This document shows, one piece after another, positions 27,433-36,995 of a DNA stretch of 64,000 nt. The stretch spans positions 4,461,775 to 4,525,774 of the forward strand of contig CP070758.1 in NCBI GenBank assembly GCA_020348925.1. The letters run 5' to 3'. The notes under the pieces were generated by a model, which saw only the letters and a list, made by a program, of their open reading frames with translations, had not been told where the DNA came from and ran no database searches. The stretch's first letter is position 1, and each line of letters opens with the position of its first letter. The translations under genes and the position numbers were made by a program. Origin of the DNA: Gemmatimonadota bacterium. Its GTDB lineage: Bacteria > JBHIER01 > G020348925.

Positions 27433-29202
27433 TTAAAATTTCAGTGTTGAGATATCACGCTGTTTTGTGCTGTCCTCCGTTGAGATCCAGATTTCTTCCA
27501 TAGATATGTCGGCCAGACCATAAGGACTCAATACCATTGCCTTAACACTAGGTTGAAGAGCAAAGATGGTAATGACATGATCAAGAGGGATAACAGGGGC
27601 GTCCTTCAAGATGATATCCTCGGCCTCCTGGGACATGTGTATTCTCTGAAAGGGATTGAGTTCTTCCTTGGCTTTTTCTAAAATACTATCAACTTTCGTG
27701 TTCTGGTAGTTATAAAGGTTTGTCTTGGATTTGGAATGGAAACTGCTGTAGAGAAAGGTGACAGGATCCGGGATATCAGCCATAAGGGACATACTGAAGA
27801 GTTGCGCTCTGCCTTCAGTGATTCGCCGATCGAAATCCAGCCAATCCTCGTACCGGACTTCCAAATCGATACCGATGAGTGCCAGATCCTTTTTGATCAT
27901 TCGATCGGTTTCATAGACGTTCTGACCCTTTGTTCCCACTCCCCAGTATTCCAATTTTAATGGTTCGTTCCCTTGTGTGAGTCCGGTGTCGTTGAAAAGT
28001 CGTCCCGCCAGTTCGGGATCATAAGGAAAAACTTTGTGAGCAGGTGAATATCCAAGCATTCCGGGAGGAAGAATTCCCGAGGGTGATAGAAAACTTTCGG
28101 AATCCAGCGCGATCATTTTTTCCCTGTTGAGAGCATGGGCGATTGCCTGTCGTACCATTCGTTTGTGCACAGGAGAAAGCTGAACGTTGAAGCCAATGAA
28201 TTCGAAGCTCAATTCAAGCCTCTTGATGAGAGTGTACCCCTGTTCCTCCGTGAACTGATCTGTTTTGCCAACAGGGACAGCAATAGTTTCCAGGGCACCA
28301 TTGAAAAATTTCTCGATGGATTCGTTTTCGTCATAGGTGAAAGGGACTTCAAATATCAAACGATCCAGGTATGGTCTTCCACCAAAATATTGAAGATTCG
28401 CTTCAAGAACGATCCGATGATTTTTCGTCCATGAAATAAATTTGAACGGACCGGTTCCAATAGGATGTTCACCGAACCACGAAGCGCCTCTTTTTGATAT
28501 TTCCTCTTTCGGGACAATTTTTGTGTTGTCCGTGGCCAAAGCAGTCAGAAACGTTGGGGAGGGTTCGCTCAGGACAATTTCCAGGGTAGAGGTATCCAAT
28601 GCCTTCAACCCTCTGATCTCCTTTGATTGTTTCAAAGAGTATTCTTCCGCTCCGTCGATCTCATTTAAATAATCCCGAGCGATGCTCACAGCAGGCAGAG
28701 ACGGATCAAAAATTCGGGTGAACGAGTAAACGCAATCGTCAGCACTGAGCTCCTGACCGTTCTGGAAAGTAACCCCTTTTCTCAATATGAACGTATACGT
28801 CTTTCTGTCCGGAGATACGATCCATTCTTTGGCAATGGCAGGGACCGGCCGGAGGTTTCCGTCGAATGTGAGCAATCCGTCGAAGTTCTGATTTGTTATG
28901 GAGCTCTCGTATATATCATCGATGAAAATGGGATCGAGAATTTGAGGACTGTACAGAGCCATGCGAAAGATGCCTTCGTATGTTGGATGTTCCTCAAGAG
29001 CTCTTCTCTGCTCCGAACGATTTTTCCCACAAGCAAAAGAGCCACCGAGACAAAAGATGGTGAGTAGGATGAGTGTGTATGTTCGCTCCTTCCGAGGTAA
29101 TATCGTAACTTTCAGGCTCCATTCTTTTCGAACAGGTTGGAAGAGGGAGCAGATTGTTATTCCTCTGGACTTACGAATCTGACATCGTAGCTTCATGGCC
29201 AT
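27433..29202 (-). CDS. ABC-type solute-binding protein family 5 (peptide/nickel type) lipoprotein
   Basis: AIAKEWIVSPDRKTYTFILRKGVTFQNGQELSADDCVYSFTRIFDP is typical of SBP_bac_5. A lipoprotein-like LLTIFCLGGSFAC segment is present. The ORF extends to 29265, but that overlaps the upstream gene, so ATG 29202 or 29196 is more likely. Confidence 0.8.
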   Translation of the reverse strand: MAMKLRCQIRKSRGITICSLFQPVRKEWSLKVTILPRKERTYTLILLTIFCLGGSFACGKNRSEQRRALEEHPTYEGIFRMALYSPQILDPIFIDDIYESSITNQNFDGLLTFDGNLRPVPAIAKEWIVSPDRKTYTFILRKGVTFQNGQELSADDCVYSFTRIFDPSLPAVSIARDYLNEIDGAEEYSLKQSKEIRGLKALDTSTLEIVLSEPSPTFLTALATDNTKIVPKEEISKRGASWFGEHPIGTGPFKFISWTKNHRIVLEANLQYFGGRPYLDRLIFEVPFTYDENESIEKFFNGALETIAVPVGKTDQFTEEQGYTLIKRLELSFEFIGFNVQLSPVHKRMVRQAIAHALNREKMIALDSESFLSPSGILPPGMLGYSPAHKVFPYDPELAGRLFNDTGLTQGNEPLKLEYWGVGTKGQNVYETDRMIKKDLALIGIDLEVRYEDWLDFDRRITEGRAQLFSMSLMADIPDPVTFLYSSFHSKSKTNLYNYQNTKVDSILEKAKEELNPFQRIHMSQEAEDIILKDAPVIPLDHVITIFALQPSVKAMVLSPYGLADISMEEIWISTEDSTKQRDISTLKF

Positions 29203-29227
29203 TGTTTTCAGGGAACACAGTTCATCA

Positions 29228-29830
29228 TCAAGAAGGGACATCTTCCTTCCTCCTGGTGAGCCCAAGTAACTTCTTTACCTGAAACTTGAGCTCCTCTAAC
29301 CGTATTGGTTTCGAGAGACATTGGTCCGCCCCAGAATCCAACATCTTTTTCATATATCCCTTCTCGATAAAGCCGGTGACTCCAAGAATTTTAATAGTCG
29401 CTGTGTCGGGATTTGATTTAATCTGACGACACACCTCAAATCCATTCATCTTTGGCATTTTGATATCTAAGATGATGAGGTCCGGTTTAAACATCGCAAC
29501 CTGCCGTCCGGCTTCATATCCGTCGCCGGCGGAAGCAAAATCGTAATTCTTATTGTCCTCTTTCAGAGTTTTCGTTATGATGTCCACGATTTCCGGTTCA
29601 TCATCGACGACCAGTATTTTTTTTTGGGGATCCGAAAAAAAGAGCTCATCGATGGGCATGTTATAGCGCCGAAGAAAATTTTTAAACTCCTTCTGAGGAA
29701 TGCGATTGTGGCCACCAGGAGTTGCATAGGCATTCAACTTGCCATCTTTTATCCATTTGATAACTCCCGCGTGCGTCACGTGGCAGTATCGAGCGATTTC
29801 GCCGGTCGTGAGTGGTTTTTTGTCTGCCAT
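29228..29830 (-). CDS. Excisionase/MerR-family HTH fused to a response regulator receiver
   Basis: The HTH reads LTTGEIARYCHVTHAGVIKWIKDGKLNAYATPGGHNRI. The REC reads ILVVDDEPE, LIILDIKMPKMNG, and CLSKP. The ORF track starts at 29869; MADKK at 29830 is more likely. Confidence 0.8.
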   Translation of the reverse strand: MADKKPLTTGEIARYCHVTHAGVIKWIKDGKLNAYATPGGHNRIPQKEFKNFLRRYNMPIDELFFSDPQKKILVVDDEPEIVDIITKTLKEDNKNYDFASAGDGYEAGRQVAMFKPDLIILDIKMPKMNGFEVCRQIKSNPDTATIKILGVTGFIEKGYMKKMLDSGADQCLSKPIRLEELKFQVKKLLGLTRRKEDVPS

Positions 29831-29911
29831 GTTCACTGCGACTCCATTTTTCCTCTGATGAAAAGTCATTGTTGAAAAAATTAAAAAAGTTAATAATATT
29901 TACAATGTTTA

Positions 29912-29940
29912 AATTTAATATGCTTGAATGCCTTTGTCAA
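29912..29940 (-). promoter_or_regulatory. Possible sigma70-type promoter for the - strand signalling operon
   Basis: Read on the - strand: TTGACA (29940-29935), a 17-nt spacer, then TAAATT (29917-29912). It lies upstream of the HTH-REC gene in an AT-rich divergent region. Confidence 0.4.
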
Positions 29941-30420
29941 GTGAAATATTCTCGTTTTTCTCATAATGATAATCATTTCCATCGATCCGTGCGGTTGTGA
30001 GATTGACCCAATCGTGATGTTTTCGGATGCTGCCAGCTCCCTTTGATGCCTCTGATCCATTTTCGAGTTGTTGAATTTCCTTAGATTTAACTTTATAATA
30101 ATGCTTTAACTGCTTTTAGTATAATTTTTTATTAAATTTTAGTTTTTTCGAATATGCGGTTTTTCTCACCTGGTTAAAAATATCCTTTGCGAAACAGTAG
30201 TCCCCTCACTGTATGCGGGGAGTGGTTCAGTGGGTGGTCAATGGTGCCGAGATATTGGATGTGACGAAAGTGTTGGGACCAACCGGTTTTAAGTTCCCGG
30301 AAAGGGGGATCTGTCTCGGAAAAGACGTGAACGAATTTTTCTTGATTCTTCATGATGTTTCTTTTAGTTTTGCATGAAGTTCTAACTTGTTTTTTCTATC
30401 GCTCTTAGGAGCAAGATGCT

Positions 30421-33400
30421 ATGAGAAAGAAGGTTCGCAAAGTTTTTTGGATAGGATTTTCAGGAGGGCTCATTCTCCTGATTCTCATATATGTCATGAT
30501 GAGTCACACGAATCTCCCAGCGAAGGGATTCACTCAGCTCATGAATCGCACCATCGCTCAGAAACTGCGATTCGAAGTCTCGGTCGGTGAGGTGAAAGGG
30601 GATTTATTCAATGGACTTAACCTATCCGATATCGCTTTATACTCTCTTGAGAATCAGAGAAAAAAGAGAGTTGTGCATATAGCTGAGATGAGGTTGCGGT
30701 ATCATTTAAAGGACATTTTAGGCAGGAGGCCTCTCTTCAGCGAGATACAGCTTATCGAGCCAAATTTCAATATTGATGCTTCGATTCAACAACATTTTTC
30801 CAGTGGCTCGCAAAGAGAAACGGGCCAAAATGACAGTGCGGGGTCCGATCCCCTGTTCAAGGTAGAACATCTTGAGATGCACGAAGGGATATTTTCATAC
30901 AGTGCGACAACCGGGGGCAGTATTACTTTGTACAATATGTATCTCAAAGGGGGAGTACAATACCAAGGGAAAACTGTTTCAGCACGTTTGGAATCCGGTC
31001 GTTTCTATTGGATTGAAAAGGATGTACACGTGGACGAAATGGAGTTGGATGCCGCCTTGGTAGGCGATACGCTCACAGCGGATCGGTTTCTCATTGCGAC
31101 AACACAGTCGTTTGTGCAGGGGGGGGGAAGGATAGATGGTTTTCACCCTCCGAAGCTCAACGTGCAGCTTCGTCAGAGTAACGTATCCCTTGACGAGGTG
31201 AGTCGAATTTTGGGACTTCAACAAGGTGATCTTACGGGTAGTGTCGTTATAGATGCGACGTTTTCAGGGGAGCCCAGCACCCTTCGCATTCAGACCGAAG
31301 GTCAGGGCACACTTCAAAACTATTCCTTCGATCGCTTTGGAGTGGACGTGATATTCGCCGGAAAAGAGCTCGATTTCTCCCACTTTGAGCTGCACTCTGG
31401 CGGGACATGTGTCTCCGGTTCCGCCTCTGTTTCCCTTGGTGTATTGAAGAAATACAGGGGTGACGTAGCCTTTGAGCACCTCAATGTATCTGCCATAGAA
31501 CATTTGGATGTGGACTCAGATCTCAATGGTTCCATTTTCGTCACAGGTCAGGGATTCTCGCAGGAGACATTTGGGCTCTCTGCAGATCTTCACTTGCTGG
31601 AAAGTACTCTCGACGGTTTCCATTTCGATCGGTGTGTCGGCAGGTGTTCTGTTTCAATTGAAATGGTATCTACCGAGGGACCGTTAACCCTTCACCTCGG
31701 AGAGACGTCAGTGGCAATTGCAGGAGGGGTGACCTTTGACGGTATGATAGAAGCTCAGGGTGAAATTTCCGTCGTGAACCTCGAGGAGCTCACGAGAATG
31801 TTTCAGCTCCCTGTCCATAAAGGGCAAGCCAAAGCGACGGTTCAACTCTCGGGGATCCTCTCCGATCCGGACGTCCGAGGCGAACTGTCGATAGATAGCT
31901 TAACCAACGCAGCTTATTCAGCTGAGCGTTGTTTTGGTCGGATTCATTTAAGGAATGTCATTAAGGGGTTCCATGGTTCCGCCGATCTTCGAGGAAGAAA
32001 CGGCCACGTTGGAAGGATACCTGTTTCAACCTTCGAGACCTTGCTCTCCTTTTCTGGTTCGACAGTTCACATCGACTCATTAACTGCAGCAAACAATGAG
32101 ACCGATATAACGGCGAAAGGGACGTTTCAGACTGCTGATGGGATTCAAAGATTGAATATGACTCAAACGGTGGTGCGATTTCGGAATTACACAATAACCA
32201 ATGCGGATACCGCTCGTCTCTCTCTTGGACATGACGGGAGTATTTTGGGCCGCGGTCGTTATACCGTAGGGGAGGGAGATTTCGACATTTCCTTGTCTGT
32301 GGATTCCGAGGGGAGCATCGAAGGGGAGCTCGCCTTGCGTTCGGTGGACCTTTTTCCCATCGTTGAGACATTTCGAATCGCCAAGGATATTCATGGAATT
32401 GCAGATGGACGGTTGACAATGCGGGGGAACCTCAAGGATCCTCAAAGCGACGTTGCGCTCACGGTACGAAGAGGCCTTTTTGCTTCGATACCTTTTGATT
32501 CATTGATGTGTGATGTTCACTACGATGAAGAAAAGCTGGAAATTGAAGCGTTGAATCTCTTCGATCGGGACAGAAATGTTTTACGATGTCACGGTTTCTT
32601 ATCACTTCGACTGTCGTTTTCCGGTGAACAGTTCTTTTCTGTGCTGCCTGATGAAGAGGTTTCCGTTTCTCTCCATTTTGAAGATTTTGATCTGCAACCG
32701 TTCTCGTCGCTTACCCTTTTACCGAAACCGTTGAGCGGATTGTGCAGTGGTGCAATGGATCTTGGGAGATGCTTGAGGGAGCCGACGATGGGTCTCGATG
32801 TGCTCATCCGCGATGCCCGATACGACATCCTTCAATTTGGTGATGTGCGAGCGAAGTTTCAGTACGATGCGGGATTGCTGAAAGTTCTCTTTCTCGAAGC
32901 ATCTCATGAGGGGACAGAATACGCCTCTACAGGAGTCATTCCTCTGAACCTGTCGTGGCCTTTCAATGAAACCCTCTTTCCTCGCGAAGATATGGATTTC
33001 AATTTTGGCATGGCTGGGAAAATACCTTTCAGCCTTATCCCTTTGCTGACACGCAGAGTTGAAAATCTCTCGGGAGACATTGATCTCCGGTTCTCTGTGC
33101 ATGGACATTTCAGAAAACCAGTCTTAAACGGTCATCTCTCCTTGGAGAAGGGCAGGCTTCAACTTTCCTATCTTGAAAATCCGATAACGGACCTCGAGGT
33201 GGCGCTCACGGTGGCCGATACCCTTCTTTCTCTTCACCGTTGTGTGGGAAGAATGGGCGAGGGGGACATTGAAAAAAGGGGGGTTTTCGATTCGCTTCTT
33301 CGGCTGTTCACATTTCGAAAACGTGGTGACGGGGGACAGGTCTCACTCCGGGGAACACTTAATTTTGCGAACCTGGATCAGATACGGTACGATCTCATCT

Positions 33401-34344
33401 GTGAGGGAAATGCCATCTTTCTGCGACCACTGAGAAAGGGTATCGATGTGCTTGTTGACGCCGATGTTCGGTTGGCTGGAGTGAAATATCCCCACCTTTC
33501 GGGAGATATAGTTGTTACTCAGGGTCTGGTTCGAGAGGCCTTTAAATCCAGAGATCAAGTCGAACCCGAACCTCAGACTTCAGAGGCCCAGAAAATGGGT
33601 CCGAGCCTGGATCTTAATATCCGCATCCCTGGCAATTTTCAAATTGAAGGGAGTGATTATATTCAGGAGTTGACCTTGGAACTCAAAGGCGACCTCCAGA
33701 TTGTCAAAGCACGGACCGGCCCGGAATTTCAATTCTTCGGAAACGCTGAGACCATCCGCGGAAAATATCGCATCTATGGGAACCTGTTTCGAATTACCCA
33801 AGGAACCGTGAGTTTCAGCGGAATCTCGGAAATCAACCCACTGCTCAATATCGAGGCCGAAACGAGAGTGGGAAGAGAACCTATCTATTTGAATCTGACC
33901 GGAACGTTATTACAGCCTGAGGTGAAACTGTGGTCTCAGTCCGGGTATTCGGAAAAGGACATTATTACGTTGCTGACACTGGGAGCGACCACTGCTGCGG
34001 TCGATACGGTGGGGGTTTCCGATGCCTTCGAGTCGAAAGCGACCAACGTCCTGGGAAGTCTTATCGAGGGCGAACTGGCCCGCCGGGCACGGCGGGGACT
34101 TGGAGTGGACACATTTGAAATAACGAGCGGCTCAACTTCTCAACTCACTCCGGACGAAACCGAAGTCACAGTCGGTAAATACCTTTCGGACAGGGTGTAC
34201 CTTGAATACTCGCGCCGCTTGGCGGCGGAGAGTGAGCAGGAGGTTGAATTGGAGTATCGTTTGAATCGACACCTTTCTTTTCTCGGAACGCGCGATCGAC
34301 GAGGACTCTATCACCTCCAGCTGCAATTGAAAGTCGACTATTAA
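30421..34344 (+). CDS. tamB: Translocation and assembly module protein TamB (DUF490 family)
   Basis: An N-terminal TM anchor is followed by 1307 aa of beta-rich sequence. The C-terminus (VTVGKYLSDRVYLEYSRRL...ELEYRLNRHLSFLGTRD) is typical of the TamB/DUF490 end. Confidence 0.8.
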   Translation: MRKKVRKVFWIGFSGGLILLILIYVMMSHTNLPAKGFTQLMNRTIAQKLRFEVSVGEVKGDLFNGLNLSDIALYSLENQRKKRVVHIAEMRLRYHLKDILGRRPLFSEIQLIEPNFNIDASIQQHFSSGSQRETGQNDSAGSDPLFKVEHLEMHEGIFSYSATTGGSITLYNMYLKGGVQYQGKTVSARLESGRFYWIEKDVHVDEMELDAALVGDTLTADRFLIATTQSFVQGGGRIDGFHPPKLNVQLRQSNVSLDEVSRILGLQQGDLTGSVVIDATFSGEPSTLRIQTEGQGTLQNYSFDRFGVDVIFAGKELDFSHFELHSGGTCVSGSASVSLGVLKKYRGDVAFEHLNVSAIEHLDVDSDLNGSIFVTGQGFSQETFGLSADLHLLESTLDGFHFDRCVGRCSVSIEMVSTEGPLTLHLGETSVAIAGGVTFDGMIEAQGEISVVNLEELTRMFQLPVHKGQAKATVQLSGILSDPDVRGELSIDSLTNAAYSAERCFGRIHLRNVIKGFHGSADLRGRNGHVGRIPVSTFETLLSFSGSTVHIDSLTAANNETDITAKGTFQTADGIQRLNMTQTVVRFRNYTITNADTARLSLGHDGSILGRGRYTVGEGDFDISLSVDSEGSIEGELALRSVDLFPIVETFRIAKDIHGIADGRLTMRGNLKDPQSDVALTVRRGLFASIPFDSLMCDVHYDEEKLEIEALNLFDRDRNVLRCHGFLSLRLSFSGEQFFSVLPDEEVSVSLHFEDFDLQPFSSLTLLPKPLSGLCSGAMDLGRCLREPTMGLDVLIRDARYDILQFGDVRAKFQYDAGLLKVLFLEASHEGTEYASTGVIPLNLSWPFNETLFPREDMDFNFGMAGKIPFSLIPLLTRRVENLSGDIDLRFSVHGHFRKPVLNGHLSLEKGRLQLSYLENPITDLEVALTVADTLLSLHRCVGRMGEGDIEKRGVFDSLLRLFTFRKRGDGGQVSLRGTLNFANLDQIRYDLICEGNAIFLRPLRKGIDVLVDADVRLAGVKYPHLSGDIVVTQGLVREAFKSRDQVEPEPQTSEAQKMGPSLDLNIRIPGNFQIEGSDYIQELTLELKGDLQIVKARTGPEFQFFGNAETIRGKYRIYGNLFRITQGTVSFSGISEINPLLNIEAETRVGREPIYLNLTGTLLQPEVKLWSQSGYSEKDIITLLTLGATTAAVDTVGVSDAFESKATNVLGSLIEGELARRARRGLGVDTFEITSGSTSQLTPDETEVTVGKYLSDRVYLEYSRRLAAESEQEVELEYRLNRHLSFLGTRDRRGLYHLQLQLKVDY

Positions 34345-34347
34345 CAC

Positions 34348-36246
34348 ATGTCTCTTCAAAACAACAACGTGCGAACCGTCATCTTTCGTTATATCCGCTC
34401 GAAGGTGCGGACCGTTATTGGACCATGTTTTCTGTTTGTTCTTCTGAATTCCGCCATACTGTGGGGTTGGCAGGATGAACCGATGCAACCCTCCCAGTTG
34501 AAAATTGGAGCGATTCAATTTCAAGGGAATTCCCATTTTTCTTCGAGGGTACTGAAGGGCAAGATGCGCACGAAAGAATCGAGCGTTCTCCGCCTTCGGG
34601 CTTCATCCCGGTTCGACGAGTCGATACTCCAGCAGGACATCGGTTTCTTAGAGGCATTCTACCACAAGCACGGATTTCTCGAATGTACCATCTCAAAAGA
34701 GGTGAACAGCATCCATCAGGGGAAAGCATTCATTACAATTATCGTTCAGGAAGCAACTCAGACGATGGTCTCGAAGGTTGCGATCTCCGGACTCCAGTCT
34801 TTGTCACCTCTTTCCGTCATACAACGTTTGGCAAACGATATCGGTCTGACCGAAGACACCCCGTTGGATATATCAAAGCTGACAGGAGCCGAAACGATCA
34901 TCAGAAATGAGCTGGCGAACAATGGCTATCCTTTTGCTACGGTGACGAGTCGGTTCACAAGGGAGGGGGACCAGGCCGAAGTCCATTTTCATGTGACCCA
35001 AGGACCACTCGTTCACATAGGCACCATCTCTTACCGAGGATATCGTCAGTCTCAGATTTTCATCATCCGCAGGGAACTGTTGTTTCACCGTGGGGATCGT
35101 TTTGACCGGGACAAACTCATTGAAAGCCAACTGCGAATCTACAGCACAGGCTTGTATACGTACGTCAATATTGAACCGATAATCACTGTCGATTCTTCGG
35201 TTGTCGATATACTCGTGACTGTGGCGGAGAAAGAAAAACGATGGTTCGGCATACGCACCGGTGTCGGACAACAGGAAGAATTGGACTTAACTTTGGACGG
35301 TTACGGTGTCTGGGGTCACAGGAACATGTTCGGCACAGGACGAAGGGTCAGTCTGAGCGCCGGAGGGTCAGCCAATGTGCGCACAAAAAGTCTTCTCAGC
35401 AATGAGTACAAGATGAGTTATACCGAACCATGGGTGTTGAACACCCGCACTCCGCTGACCGTTGATATATACTTTCGAAGATTCACTTGGGAATTGTATA
35501 CACTTGAAGAGTTCGGCGGGGACGTCTCCGTGAGTCACGAGTTTCCCCAGAAGCTCAAGACCCGGGTGGCTTTTGTGTACAAGCGGGCGGATGTCTTCGA
35601 CGTTCCCAAAGAATTGGAACCGGATATTCTCGGTCAGGCCGGAGTGGACATCGTTCGAAAGATCTCGTTTATGGCAGAACGGGATACGCGCGACCATCCG
35701 CTCTATCCGTCCCGGGGAATCCATTCGCAAGTGGTCTCGGAGTTCACCGGTGGTTTTTTGGGGGGAAACAAGGATTTCTACAAAATGGTCGCCGCATGGA
35801 GCGGTTTTCAAAAGTGGCTGCCGAAAACGGTTATCGCCGGACGGATGAAATGGGGTATGGTGAAGGAATTCGGGAAGAGCACGTACGTCCCCATCTACGA
35901 TCGCTTTTTTGCCGGTGGGGCGAACACCTTGCGCGGCTACGTGGAACGACAGTTGGGCCCTCTTGAAGATGGAAAACCCATAGGAGGAAGCCTGCTCTTT
36001 CTGACCAATATTGAGTTGCGACGACAATTGTTCTGGCGATTCGGCATGACCGCTTTTTTCGACAGCGGTTACCTGTGGCGAAGCCTCGTCGATTTTCAGT
36101 GGCGCGATGTGAGAGCTTCCCTTGGTGCAGGGCTCCAGTTTTTTACCCCAGTCGGACCACTGCGTCTCGAATACGGGTATAAACTGAGAAAGGAAGAGGA
36201 GTTGAAACGGGGTGTTTTCCATCTCAGTCTCCTCTACGCGTTTTAA
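34348..36246 (+). CDS. BamA/TamA-family outer membrane protein (POTRA domains plus Omp85 barrel)
   Basis: POTRA-like segments (IGAIQFQGNSHFSSRVLKGKM.., ISYRGYRQSQIFIIRREL) precede an Omp85 barrel. The barrel contains RFFAGGANTLRGY and ends ..FHLSLLYAF. Confidence 0.8.
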   Translation: MSLQNNNVRTVIFRYIRSKVRTVIGPCFLFVLLNSAILWGWQDEPMQPSQLKIGAIQFQGNSHFSSRVLKGKMRTKESSVLRLRASSRFDESILQQDIGFLEAFYHKHGFLECTISKEVNSIHQGKAFITIIVQEATQTMVSKVAISGLQSLSPLSVIQRLANDIGLTEDTPLDISKLTGAETIIRNELANNGYPFATVTSRFTREGDQAEVHFHVTQGPLVHIGTISYRGYRQSQIFIIRRELLFHRGDRFDRDKLIESQLRIYSTGLYTYVNIEPIITVDSSVVDILVTVAEKEKRWFGIRTGVGQQEELDLTLDGYGVWGHRNMFGTGRRVSLSAGGSANVRTKSLLSNEYKMSYTEPWVLNTRTPLTVDIYFRRFTWELYTLEEFGGDVSVSHEFPQKLKTRVAFVYKRADVFDVPKELEPDILGQAGVDIVRKISFMAERDTRDHPLYPSRGIHSQVVSEFTGGFLGGNKDFYKMVAAWSGFQKWLPKTVIAGRMKWGMVKEFGKSTYVPIYDRFFAGGANTLRGYVERQLGPLEDGKPIGGSLLFLTNIELRRQLFWRFGMTAFFDSGYLWRSLVDFQWRDVRASLGAGLQFFTPVGPLRLEYGYKLRKEEELKRGVFHLSLLYAF

Positions 36247-36972
36247 ATGCATCGTGTTTTCTCAATGAAGGAGGTTCAATTGTCGGTGTGGGGCAAAGAA
36301 CAGAACGTGTTGCTATTGATTATAGCCCTCCTCTCCTTCTCCCTTCATTGTGGCAGCGATCCGTCTTACACAATGGATATCGGACGCTCGTTTTATCCCC
36401 TCGATCAACTTTCCTATGAACGGTTTTTCGGTCAAGATCTGCTCCGGAATAAGGCTGGCGAAACCATTCGCCTCCGAGGTATTTATACCATAGCCGATTC
36501 GGTTTTCATAGATTTTCCCATGCTGCGGTTGTACACGGCAGGTTCAGGACTCCATTATGCACTTATCGATACGGGGCTGAATGCGCAAGACGGAGACCTG
36601 GTTGAGGTCGAGGGTACGGTTGTTCGTAAGACGATTCGATTGAAAGGGACCAAGGTGACGTACAAGGAGGAGTTGCTGAGTTCTGATGCATTCAGGATCC
36701 TCCATCCGTCGCATAAAATAAAAAGCAGAGTGCAAAGGGAATATTCCAAAATAAGAGATGAGCTCCAGGAAAGAATCACCCCGGAGGGGTCCAATTTAAT
36801 TCTCTCGGAAAACCCGCGGTGGTTCGTCGTCTGGTCGGAGACGGATGACATGTATATCGTGAGTGGCAGATTCATCGATCTCATGTATCAAGCGGAAGTC
36901 GATTTTGTCTTTTGTGGATCAAAACAGACCTTGACGGACGTCTATGCCGTTGAATGGTTCAAAGGTGAATGA
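36247..36972 (+). CDS. Hypothetical lipoprotein
   Basis: It has a signal peptide with a lipobox (LLIIALLSFSLHCG). I do not recognise any domain. It abuts the Omp85 gene. Confidence 0.5.
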   Translation: MHRVFSMKEVQLSVWGKEQNVLLLIIALLSFSLHCGSDPSYTMDIGRSFYPLDQLSYERFFGQDLLRNKAGETIRLRGIYTIADSVFIDFPMLRLYTAGSGLHYALIDTGLNAQDGDLVEVEGTVVRKTIRLKGTKVTYKEELLSSDAFRILHPSHKIKSRVQREYSKIRDELQERITPEGSNLILSENPRWFVVWSETDDMYIVSGRFIDLMYQAEVDFVFCGSKQTLTDVYAVEWFKGE

Positions 36973-36995
36973 TATGTTTCGAAAGGGGAGAAGAC

